NCBI GenBank assembly: GCA_021790305.1
Contig: JAJYED010000004.1
Coordinates: forward strand, 1-57,351
Length of the DNA: 57,351 bases
Source: Candidatus Micrarchaeota archaeon
GTDB taxonomy: Archaea > Micrarchaeota > Micrarchaeia > Micrarchaeales > CABMGC01
Direction: 5' to 3'
The notes under the pieces were generated by a model. That model ran no database searches. It worked only from the letters and a program-made list of their open reading frames with translations, and was not told where the DNA came from. Both the position numbers and the translations under genes were made by a program. This document shows, piece after piece, positions 29,125-37,609 of the stretch (positions are counted from its first letter, which is position 1; each line of letters opens with the position of its first letter).

Positions 29125-29865
29125 ATGTTGGAATTAAAGATAGATAATGCGAAGTATTGGAAGGAGTGCATAGATACGATAGTTAACCTTGTTGATGAAG
29201 GTGTCTTCAATGTTACGAAGGAGGGAGTCACCCTTAAGGCCATGGATCCTTCAAGCATAAGCATGATCTCTTTCTTCATGCCTACAAAGGCTTTCTCAAA
29301 ATATGATGTTGACAAGAATGTCTCTCTCGGCCTCAATATAGACAATTTGAGCAAGATAATGTCAAGGGCAAGGGATGGAGAGTCACTTATAATGAAGGAA
29401 CATGATAATAAGCTCACGCTTGAGTTCTCAGGCCAGTCCAAAAGGAGGTTCAAGACCCAACTGATAGACGTAAGGAAGAGCGTTGACAAGGAACCAAGCG
29501 TGCAGTTTGACGCAGATATTGAGATAAACGGAGAGACGCTTAAGGAATTAGTAAAGGATGCCACGATAGTCTCTGAGTATATATCTCTCAAGGCAACCAA
29601 GGATCAGTTCAACATAGATTGCAGAGGAGATTCAGGAGAGCTGAACGAGGAGCACCTCAGCGATGGCAATTCTATAAAGAAGATAAAGGCAGAGAAGAAT
29701 GCCGAGGCAACTTTCAACCTGCAGTTCCTTGAGAATATGGTTAAATCGTGTCCTGCCGGGAACTACATAAGCATAGGCTTGAAATCCAACGAGCCGCTTA
29801 AGCTCACCTACAAGGTAGGAGAGGCCCAGATAACATATTATCTTGCGCCTTACATGGAGAGCTGA
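29125..29865 (+). CDS. pcn: PCNA sliding clamp
   Basis: AMDPSSISM, C-terminal YYLAP, 246 aa. Confidence 0.96.
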   Translation: MLELKIDNAKYWKECIDTIVNLVDEGVFNVTKEGVTLKAMDPSSISMISFFMPTKAFSKYDVDKNVSLGLNIDNLSKIMSRARDGESLIMKEHDNKLTLEFSGQSKRRFKTQLIDVRKSVDKEPSVQFDADIEINGETLKELVKDATIVSEYISLKATKDQFNIDCRGDSGELNEEHLSDGNSIKKIKAEKNAEATFNLQFLENMVKSCPAGNYISIGLKSNEPLKLTYKVGEAQITYYLAPYMES

Positions 29866-29873
29866 ATGGTAAT

Positions 29874-30122
29874 TTGTTGGAAGTGGAAGCCCGCATAAGG
29901 AAGGATATACTGCTTTTTTCCGAGAGTATGAAGAAGGTCAGCAATGCCAGCCTGAACGATGAGGAGAGAAAGGTTGTTGAGCTTGCAGAGATGTATGCAA
30001 AGGACTCTGAGTCATGGCTCAAGAAGAATGACGTTTACACTGCTTTCGCAAGCATAGCATATGCGCATGGATTGCTTGATGCGATTCTCAAGATAAAGGG
30101 AATTTATGATGAAGGTAAATGA
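29874..30122 (+). CDS. DUF357 family protein
   Basis: Y.KDS..W...D...AFASIAYAHGLLDA. Confidence 0.85.
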   Translation: MLEVEARIRKDILLFSESMKKVSNASLNDEERKVVELAEMYAKDSESWLKKNDVYTAFASIAYAHGLLDAILKIKGIYDEGK

Positions 30123-31188
30123 GCTCTCAGCTGAGATAAGTGTCAATAAAGGAGTATTCTACAATCCAAAGATGCAGTCTCTGCGTTCCGTCTCGGTGGC
30201 TTTCGTAAAAGCAAATGCCAGGAAGGGCGCAAGGCTTCTGGATGCGACTTCTGCAACAGGGATACGCGACATAAGATATGCGCTTGAAGCTGGAATAAAG
30301 GAGCCTGTGCTGATAGACATGAACAAAGATGCTTATGCCAATTCCTTGGATAATGTGAAAGCCAATGGGATTGAAGCAGACGTGAGGGAGAAGAGCTTCC
30401 AGGAGTTTGCAAATACCGATAGTGAGAGATTTGACATAATAGACATAGACCCGTTCGGAAGCCCGGCTCCTTTGATATACGATGCTTTCAAGATCTCGAA
30501 AGACGGGACGCTGCTGATGATTACTGCTACGGATACAGCAGTGCTGCACGGAGCGCATGCAAACGCATGCATAAAGACATACGGATCATTTCCTATGCAC
30601 ACTGAACTGTGCAAGGAAGCAGGAGCAAGGATCCTGTTGGGATTTGTTGCAAGAAATGCAGCACAGTTCAACTTCGGCATAGAACCTCTCATGTGCGTAT
30701 CGGATATGCACTACCTGAGAGTGTTCATGCGCGTATCTCACGGAGCATCAGGGGCCCTCGCTTCTGTAAAGGATCTTGGGATTTTGAAGCAATGCAGCTC
30801 ATGCAGATATTTCGAGTATAACGATGGAATATGCACATCTGATATCAGATGCACAAAGTGCGGTTCGAAGATGCTTGTTGCAGGGCAGATGTGGCTTAAA
30901 GGGCTTTCAGATAGGAAGCATGTAGATAATACATTAAAGGCAATAAAGAAGATGAACGATCCTGCTGCTGAAAAGCAAATGTCCATGATAGCCGATGAAC
31001 TTGATGTCCCTTTTTTCTACTCTGTCCCTAAGATGACAAAGGCATTCTCAATTGGCTCGGTTTCGCATAGGAAGGTTATGGATAGGCTGCAGAGTAAAGG
31101 ATATAGGGTCTCAGAGACGCAGTTCTGGAAGGATTCTGTAAAGACAGATGCAGATTATGATGCTGTTGTCAATTCTGTTAAAACCTAG
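30106..31188 (+). CDS. trm1: tRNA (guanine26-N2)-dimethyltransferase
   Basis: VFYNP.M, DIDPFGSP, TATD, E.GARIL, C-terminal CxxC-CxxC. Confidence 0.93.
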   Translation: MMKVNELSAEISVNKGVFYNPKMQSLRSVSVAFVKANARKGARLLDATSATGIRDIRYALEAGIKEPVLIDMNKDAYANSLDNVKANGIEADVREKSFQEFANTDSERFDIIDIDPFGSPAPLIYDAFKISKDGTLLMITATDTAVLHGAHANACIKTYGSFPMHTELCKEAGARILLGFVARNAAQFNFGIEPLMCVSDMHYLRVFMRVSHGASGALASVKDLGILKQCSSCRYFEYNDGICTSDIRCTKCGSKMLVAGQMWLKGLSDRKHVDNTLKAIKKMNDPAAEKQMSMIADELDVPFFYSVPKMTKAFSIGSVSHRKVMDRLQSKGYRVSETQFWKDSVKTDADYDAVVNSVKT

Positions 31189-31191
31189 TAG

Positions 31192-31806
31192 TTATCTTCT
31201 CCTTTCTACTGAAAAGGCCAGTTTGAATGCGTCCCCTTTCTTATGATTCAATGAAAGATAATGCTCGTTTAGATTTTGATCTGGACATTTTGGCACATCT
31301 GGAGTAAGCATTCTTGGCAGTGTGCGCCTTTTCAGCTCCCTTGTTAATGAGTAGGAAGAGATACTTCCTTGATCGATAAAATAATTAATCGCTCTGAGCA
31401 ATCCCCTCTCCACATTTGGATTCTGTGTAGTTACAGTAAAGACGCTGAATCCTTCCCCCAGTCCATCCGATATGCGCAGTTTATTTAGCATGTAGTATAT
31501 CCCGTTGCCACGATCTGGTTTTGCGACAAAGGCAGTAACAAAATGGCACTCGTCCGTTTGATATTCTGATGCTGCAAAGCCTACTGCAGTCTTTGTGTCT
31601 TTCCTGCATGCCGAGAGCAGCAGGTTGTTTGTGGCGAGAAGGCGGGCTATCCACCTATCTGAAGTGTTATTGGTGAATGCATTCTTGGCTACCCTGATAG
31701 CATCTTTCAGTTCGGATTTGTCTATGTCAATGCTCTTTCCCCATGCGGATTTCTGTTTGATTATCTCGTATTTCCCATTGCATTCTATTGATGGCATGGT
31801 TTTCAC
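31192..31806 (-). CDS. GNAT-fold acetyltransferase (paralog of 31803..32435)
   Basis: AVGFA, V...DRGNGIY acetyl-CoA loop, TVTTQNP. Confidence 0.7.
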   Translation of the reverse strand: MKTMPSIECNGKYEIIKQKSAWGKSIDIDKSELKDAIRVAKNAFTNNTSDRWIARLLATNNLLLSACRKDTKTAVGFAASEYQTDECHFVTAFVAKPDRGNGIYYMLNKLRISDGLGEGFSVFTVTTQNPNVERGLLRAINYFIDQGSISSYSLTRELKRRTLPRMLTPDVPKCPDQNLNEHYLSLNHKKGDAFKLAFSVERRR

Positions 31807-32435
31807 TCCCAGAAAAATTTCCTTGTTCTACTGGCTACGAATGATATCTGGAATGCATCCCCTCTCGTGTAGTCAAGCATAGAGAATAGCCTATTTATTC
31901 TCTCTTTGGATGATCTGGGAATATAGCCAGTTATCAGCCTGCCGTAACAGCCACGTATTACCTCCCTTTGCATGGAGTATCCCGATATTCTGCCCTCCAT
32001 TAATAAAGCATCGAAAGTGCAGGATATGCCATTTTCCACTCTTGGGTTTTGCGTAGTAACCGTAAAGGTGTCAAATCCCTTGCTGAGACCATCGCTTATT
32101 CGCAATCTGTTGAACATTTGATACAGGCCTTTCCCCTGCTCTGATTTGATTATTGCTGCTGAAGAGAGATAACAGAAATCGTCCGTATAATGAGAGGATG
32201 CAAACCCTACCGGCTGCATTTTGTCTTTATCATATGCCACGATAAGAAGAGCACTATCCTTTATAAGATTTGTTACCTCTTCTTTTGATATTACCGGGGT
32301 GAAAGAGGCTCTTGATATTCTGAATATCTCCTCGAATAACTCCTTGTTTATATTAGGATCTCCGGAATTTGCCTTATGTTTGGCTATCCTGTAGGTCTTT
32401 TCTGTTTCTGTTGAATAGTCTGCCCTTAGAGCCAT
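31803..32435 (-). CDS. GNAT-fold acetyltransferase
   Basis: PVGFA, I...EQGKGLY, TVTTQNP. Confidence 0.72.
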   Translation of the reverse strand: MALRADYSTETEKTYRIAKHKANSGDPNINKELFEEIFRISRASFTPVISKEEVTNLIKDSALLIVAYDKDKMQPVGFASSHYTDDFCYLSSAAIIKSEQGKGLYQMFNRLRISDGLSKGFDTFTVTTQNPRVENGISCTFDALLMEGRISGYSMQREVIRGCYGRLITGYIPRSSKERINRLFSMLDYTRGDAFQISFVASRTRKFFWE

Positions 32436-32443
32436 TTTATCGC

Positions 32444-32518
32444 CTATTTCCTGTTGTGTTTTGCATACTTAGAAGCGAAGGTCTTGTGTTCTTTTGTCTT
32501 GAGGTAGCAGCGAGACAT
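32444..32518 (-). CDS. candidate 24-aa basic leader/precursor peptide MSRCYLKTKEHKTFASKYAKHNRK
   Basis: ATG..TAG ORF ending 8 nt before the GNAT start; below the ORF-track cutoff. Confidence 0.3.
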   Translation of the reverse strand: MSRCYLKTKEHKTFASKYAKHNRK

Positions 32519-32632
32519 TTAATCTCGGAATTTGATTAAAAATTGATGTAATACTTTCGATTAATCTGATATTTAAATCAGCATGTTTCGCTTCCACTAT
32601 TTCGTAATGTTTAAATATGACCAAAAGGAGAG

Positions 32633-32962
32633 ATGTCTTGTGGGGATAAATTGGATGGGATAGCTCTAGAAAGACAAGTGAGAGGGGAAGACTCGCTGGT
32701 CCAGTTCCTGAATAACAGCTGTATGAGCTGCAGGAAGGAATTCGGGAGGGACGAGATAAGGGTTCTGCCGTCTTCGTATATACAGGAGAGGGACTTCTAC
32801 GTCAGGAGCGGAATAGTAAGAAAGAGGCTGCTCTGCGTAGACTGCTACAACGGCACAAGAATGGCTACGAAGACAAGGAGCAACAGGTACAGGAATACTC
32901 GCAGGACAGGACTGCGCAGGCTCTTCTCTTCGAGAGGCTTCCTTTCGGAGACCTTGGTCTGA
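32633..32962 (+). CDS. zinc-finger protein with Arg-rich tail
   Basis: CMSC...LCVDC. Confidence 0.6.
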   Translation: MSCGDKLDGIALERQVRGEDSLVQFLNNSCMSCRKEFGRDEIRVLPSSYIQERDFYVRSGIVRKRLLCVDCYNGTRMATKTRSNRYRNTRRTGLRRLFSSRGFLSETLV

Positions 32963-32965
32963 GGA

Positions 32966-33688
32966 TTACTTCCTCTTTCTCAGGTCTGCCGTTATTATAT
33001 GGAAGTTTTTCTCTGCGTTGTCATAACCTAGCGCAGACTTGAAGACCTCTGCATCAAGAGTCATGGTGCTGTCAGAATAAGGATCGTTTATGTAGAATGC
33101 GTCCTTATCATAGCCTGTTACGACCACCCAGTGTGGTGATGACTCCATGTACGGATTTATCACATTTGCATCTATCAGCACTATGGGCAGCTGATTTGAA
33201 GAAAGTGCCTTCTTTATAGAATTTATCGTGATGTTGTTTGAGTGCTCCTCTGCAACCTTCATAGAGAGAGCTTTTTCCTTTATCTCGTTGAATGAAGCTG
33301 TGAGAGTATCAAGATTGACATTTTCATATACTGCGAGCTTCCTGTCGTACCCTTCATCCTTAGTATTGCTTATTATTTTTACCCTTGCGCCCCTCTTTGC
33401 AAGTGCGTATGCTATTCCGTACTTTGAACCGTGCCAGACGCTCCCGTTTACAGCTTCCTGCCATATGCCATACTCCTGATCCTTAGATAGCTTGAAGTTC
33501 TTGTTGATATATTTAAGTACCATCATGGTGCATGCTGCGGAGCTTGTGAATTCCTCTGTCTGCGGATAGTGAGGCACTTCAAGGGCGACCTGGGGCCTGA
33601 GCTTTGCCCTCTTAGCGTGATGCTGAGCTTTCGGAGTTTTCTTAACTGGTTTCGCCTTTTTCGCAGATTTCTTCTTGGTTATCGCCAT
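32966..33688 (-). CDS. peptidase C39-like protein (DUF3335-like) with Lys-rich N-terminus
   Basis: VPHYPQ...FT, PIVLI, PHWVVVTGYD, YINDP. Confidence 0.8.
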   Translation of the reverse strand: MAITKKKSAKKAKPVKKTPKAQHHAKRAKLRPQVALEVPHYPQTEEFTSSAACTMMVLKYINKNFKLSKDQEYGIWQEAVNGSVWHGSKYGIAYALAKRGARVKIISNTKDEGYDRKLAVYENVNLDTLTASFNEIKEKALSMKVAEEHSNNITINSIKKALSSNQLPIVLIDANVINPYMESSPHWVVVTGYDKDAFYINDPYSDSTMTLDAEVFKSALGYDNAEKNFHIITADLRKRK

Positions 33689-33702
33689 TGAATCACATTT
33701 TT

Positions 33703-33803
33703 TGGTGCAGGGAGAGAGATTTGTTCAGTGTTATTGAACTCTCGTAGGCCTAAGCCAACAGATCTTGAGTCTGTCGCGTTTGACCAGGCTCCGCCATCCC
33801 TGC
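33703..33803 (-). tRNA. tRNA-Leu(CAA) with a 13-nt intron in the T loop (33721-33733); CCA encoded
   Basis: GCAGGGA/TCCCTGC acceptor, ACAGA-CT CAA GA-TCTGT arm, variable arm; removing TAACACTGAACAA restores GAGAG-TTCAAAT-CTCTC. Confidence 0.9.
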
Positions 33804-33914
33804 ACGGCTATTTAATTATATGTTTCATTATATAATATTATCTAGTATTTATACGTTTGCATTGCAAAAAAACGCGTGATTTCCTCAGTTTTACTGATAT
33901 TTAAAGGTTAGGTT

Positions 33915-35354
33915 ATGAGAGTGAAGAAGATTGATGAGTATAGGTTCAGGATAGAGAAAGACGCCTCTAGCGGCATGAATACAGGCGTGGTAATGTACTC
34001 CTCTGAAAAGCTTATGGCCAATCTTAAGAATGATAGGACGATGCAGCAGGCCGCAAATGCGGCAACGCTCCCTGGAATACGGGGTAATGTGATGGTTATG
34101 CCTGACGGGCATGAGGGGTATGGTTTTCCCGTAGGAGGCGTAGCTGGTTTCGACGCTGATGAAGGGATAATCTCTCCTGGGGCGATAGGATTTGACATAA
34201 ACTGCGGGATACGTGTCATAAGAACCAATCTTGAAGAATCAGATATAAGGAAGAATATGAAAAAACTCTCTGATGAGATATTCCTGAATGTGCCTAGCGG
34301 GCTTGACAGCAGGCTCAAAATAGGTTTTGAGCCTTCGGATTTAGAAAGAGTGGCTCAGGAAGGTGCAGCATATCTTGTAAGCAAGGGCTTTGGAGTCAGT
34401 GAGGATATAGAGCATATGGAGGAGAAGGGCTGCATGGAAGGGGCGGATTTCTCAAAGGTCAGCCAGCGTGCAAAATCAAGAGGAAAGAATCAGCTTGGCA
34501 CTCTCGGAGCCGGCAATCACTTCCTTGAGATACAGAAAATTGATAAGATCTTCGACAAGAAACTTGCAAAGGCTTATGGAGTCTATGAAGGACAGATAGT
34601 GATCATGGTGCATACAGGCTCACGGGGTTTCGGCCACCAGATATGCAGCGATTATCTTCGCACACTTGCGGAATATCAGGCAAGAAAGGGCATACAGATA
34701 GTTGATCCGGAGCTGAGCTACGCGCATGTTAAGAGCAAAGAGGCAGAGGACTACCTTAAGGCTATGAAGTGCGGGGTGAACTTCGCATTTGCAAACAGGG
34801 AGATGATAACGCACATAATAAGAGAGAGCTTTGAGAAGGTTATGGGAAGGAGTGCTGAGGAACTGGGAATGAGCTTGCTGTACGATCTTTCCCATAATAT
34901 AGCAAAGCTTGAGGAGCACAAGGTTGAGGGTAAAAAGGAGAGAGTATATGTGCATAGGAAGGGAGCTACAAGGGCTTTTGCAAAAGGAAGGAAGGAGATA
35001 CCTGAAGCTTATAGGGATTACGGGCAGCCTGTGCTCATACCCGGAAGCATGGGAACAGCCAGCTACATACTTGCAGGGGGAGAAGGAGCGATGGAGGAGA
35101 CTTTCGGTTCTGCGTGCCATGGTGCAGGAAGGGTGATGTCAAGACACCAGGCACTGCGCGAGATAGGAGCGGAGAAGACAATGGCCTCTATGAAGAGCAA
35201 GGATATAGAGCTCAGGGTGCATGACAGGAGGCTGGTAAGCGAGGAATCGGAGTGGGTATACAAGGACATAGATGAGGTAATAAGAGTGGTGGAAGGGGCT
35301 GGGCTTGCACTGCCGGTATCAAGGAATGTGCCCATAGCTGTGATAAAAGGCTGA
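33915..35354 (+). CDS. rtcB: RNA-splicing ligase RtcB
   Basis: PDGHEGYGFPVG, GFDINCG, GNHF, HTGSRG, HRKGAT, PGSMG, HGAGR. Confidence 0.97.
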   Translation: MRVKKIDEYRFRIEKDASSGMNTGVVMYSSEKLMANLKNDRTMQQAANAATLPGIRGNVMVMPDGHEGYGFPVGGVAGFDADEGIISPGAIGFDINCGIRVIRTNLEESDIRKNMKKLSDEIFLNVPSGLDSRLKIGFEPSDLERVAQEGAAYLVSKGFGVSEDIEHMEEKGCMEGADFSKVSQRAKSRGKNQLGTLGAGNHFLEIQKIDKIFDKKLAKAYGVYEGQIVIMVHTGSRGFGHQICSDYLRTLAEYQARKGIQIVDPELSYAHVKSKEAEDYLKAMKCGVNFAFANREMITHIIRESFEKVMGRSAEELGMSLLYDLSHNIAKLEEHKVEGKKERVYVHRKGATRAFAKGRKEIPEAYRDYGQPVLIPGSMGTASYILAGGEGAMEETFGSACHGAGRVMSRHQALREIGAEKTMASMKSKDIELRVHDRRLVSEESEWVYKDIDEVIRVVEGAGLALPVSRNVPIAVIKG

Positions 35355-35466
35355 TACGCCACTCTTGAACGAAAAATTATGAATCTGAGAAGAGCTTTTT
35401 GAGTAAAAAAGTGCCAGGACATTGTTAAATGATAGTAAATGCTGTACTATGAATGAGATAAAGGTC

Positions 35467-36018
35467 TCATTTAGATAATTTATACCTCTTAATTGTTTTA
35501 AAACGTCCTGTTTGCCTCTCTTCAACAATGTAGATATAATTGATTTTATGTATTCTTTTTATTTTCTTTGAATTCACTTCGTTAAATGCGTTTTTGAACT
35601 TGTTCTTTTGTATCTTATCTCCGACTGCGATATGTGGAATCCATAATTTTGTGGTATAATCAGTTGAAAATTTCTTACTATATAATTTAAAAAGATGATT
35701 TATTGCTTTATTCAACCTAATTAAGTCGCTTGTTCTTTTTATCTTATAGTATATCCTTCTTTTTGACCAATTAGTTAAACCGACAATCTCTATTTTGATG
35801 GGTTTAGTTTCAGAACTTATTTTCTTTAGTTCTTTTTTTATTTCGTTTAGATTTTTTATTTTTCCGATCTGGAAAGTTATGTGCGGATAATTATCTGAAG
35901 CTCCAGTTATTCCATTATATTTTCTTTCAAAGTCCTTGAAAAGTTTCATAAGTTTTTTATCGTCGTTTACAATTGATAAGATGTAGATTTTTGACATTTT
36001 ATTCCCTCTTTGGTCCAC
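35467..36018 (-). CDS. 2H phosphoesterase (2'-5' RNA ligase family)
   Basis: two Hx(T/A) motifs, PHITF and PHIAV; visibly AT-rich and Lys-rich. Confidence 0.8.
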   Translation of the reverse strand: MDQRGNKMSKIYILSIVNDDKKLMKLFKDFERKYNGITGASDNYPHITFQIGKIKNLNEIKKELKKISSETKPIKIEIVGLTNWSKRRIYYKIKRTSDLIRLNKAINHLFKLYSKKFSTDYTTKLWIPHIAVGDKIQKNKFKNAFNEVNSKKIKRIHKINYIYIVEERQTGRFKTIKRYKLSK

Positions 36019-36049
36019 CTATAAGATTACTTTTGCCTTCTGTCTCTAC

Positions 36050-36871
36050 TTATATCCCTGCAGCACCGGCCACGTTTTTGATACGTTTCTTGTATACATT
36101 GTATTTCGGAAGGTCTATGAATGAAGAGATCATATCGAGAAGTTTTTCTGCGCTGTCGAACTCTTTCTTCATTGCAAGATGCCTTGCAGCATAGAATACC
36201 GCATTCAGCTCCCTTTCACGAAGCAATTCGTTTATCTTCTTCTCTGCATCCTTTTCGTTGGTCTCTGTTGCGAGTGCCATCTTCGCATATTTGAATGCAA
36301 GAGTGGTGTTCATCTGCTGGTCCAGTATTATCGATGCGTGCGCATACCTCTTCAACTTTATCTCAGCCATCGCCTTTATGAAGAGTGAATTCTCGTCAGA
36401 GGCTTTTGAAAGTTCGAGGATTTCTATGCTTTTGTGAAGGCACTCCCTGTTTCTGGATTCGAGATGCATGGCATTATACTTGTTCCTTTTAGGCTCGTCA
36501 TTCCTGTTGTCTGCATTTCTCTCCATGAATGCCTTCATGTTATAGTCCACATCCAGATAGGTTATATCTGAAAGTGATCTGTAGAGAGAGGCAAGAGCGT
36601 ATAGCACTTTTGGATCTGCATTTGTGCAGAGCTGTTCTGCATTCTCAATGGCTTCAAGATACGCCCCTTTAGCTATGGATTGGCTTATGCCACCGAGCTT
36701 GGATGCGACTACAGGATCAAGGATGTTCTTCTCTCCAGGCACCACTATTGATTCGCATAGCGGGCATATGGAATAAGGACCTTCTGCGCACATGTATTCT
36801 GTTGAACAGTAGGCGCACTTTGCCTTTGATTCTGGAAGCTTGAATGCCTTTGCATTATGATACAGGCCCAT
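36050..36871 (-). CDS. hypothetical protein, N-terminal zinc ribbon plus helical (TPR-like) repeats
   Basis: CAYC...CPLC followed by Ala/Leu-rich helices. Confidence 0.65.
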   Translation of the reverse strand: MGLYHNAKAFKLPESKAKCAYCSTEYMCAEGPYSICPLCESIVVPGEKNILDPVVASKLGGISQSIAKGAYLEAIENAEQLCTNADPKVLYALASLYRSLSDITYLDVDYNMKAFMERNADNRNDEPKRNKYNAMHLESRNRECLHKSIEILELSKASDENSLFIKAMAEIKLKRYAHASIILDQQMNTTLAFKYAKMALATETNEKDAEKKINELLRERELNAVFYAARHLAMKKEFDSAEKLLDMISSFIDLPKYNVYKKRIKNVAGAAGI

Positions 36872-36904
36872 GATTAACTTGTATCATAAAACATTTTATA
36901 TATG

Positions 36905-37564
36905 TCAGCGTTTTTTGAGTACAGCGAATAGGTGCATCCTGTCGAAAGGCATAAGGTCCATTGACTCCACAACCTCGAATGTTCCGGATACCGCCTTTAG
37001 GAATTCCTTGTACACCACTTTCGGATTCTTTGATACGCTGATGCTCTGTGACTTTATTGCAACATATGCATAGCTTCCTTTTCCTAGGAACCTGCTGTTC
37101 TCGATAAGCATCTGCGCCTGATCCCTTGCGGCTATATCCTGATACAGCACGTCTGCAAGGCCCACTTCTTCAGCATACCTCTCAACGTTCCTTGCATTTT
37201 CCAGTATAGGCAGCATATTCTCCCGCTTTTCGCAGACCTTTATCAGATCTCGTACGCTTCTCTCAGATACCTCTACGCAGTAGAGCTCTCCTTCCATTGA
37301 TATTATGTCGCTTATATGGCTGCATGTTGTGCCTGTCGCTGCTCCCAGGTAAAGAACCTTGCTCCCCTTCTTTATCTGCATGTGCCTCATTCCTTTCAGA
37401 ATGGCAGCGGCAAGCTTTGATCTGTAGGGATTCCATAGCCTGTACTCTTTGCCATCCGCTTTAACAAGCTCTTCTCCGTATACCTTCTCTCCCTGTACAA
37501 GATTGACAGTTGCAAGCTTTCCATTCACCCTGAACACCCCGTCGAATACTTCCTTTGCAGTCAT
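36905..37564 (-). CDS. flpA: fibrillarin-like rRNA/tRNA 2'-O-methyltransferase
   Basis: VYGE, YRLWNPYRSKLAAA, VLYLGAATGTT, YQDIA. Confidence 0.96.
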   Translation of the reverse strand: MTAKEVFDGVFRVNGKLATVNLVQGEKVYGEELVKADGKEYRLWNPYRSKLAAAILKGMRHMQIKKGSKVLYLGAATGTTCSHISDIISMEGELYCVEVSERSVRDLIKVCEKRENMLPILENARNVERYAEEVGLADVLYQDIAARDQAQMLIENSRFLGKGSYAYVAIKSQSISVSKNPKVVYKEFLKAVSGTFEVVESMDLMPFDRMHLFAVLKKR

Positions 37565-37609
37565 TAGAACACTGACATGATTTGGCGATGCATATTTATA
37601 ATCCTTTTA

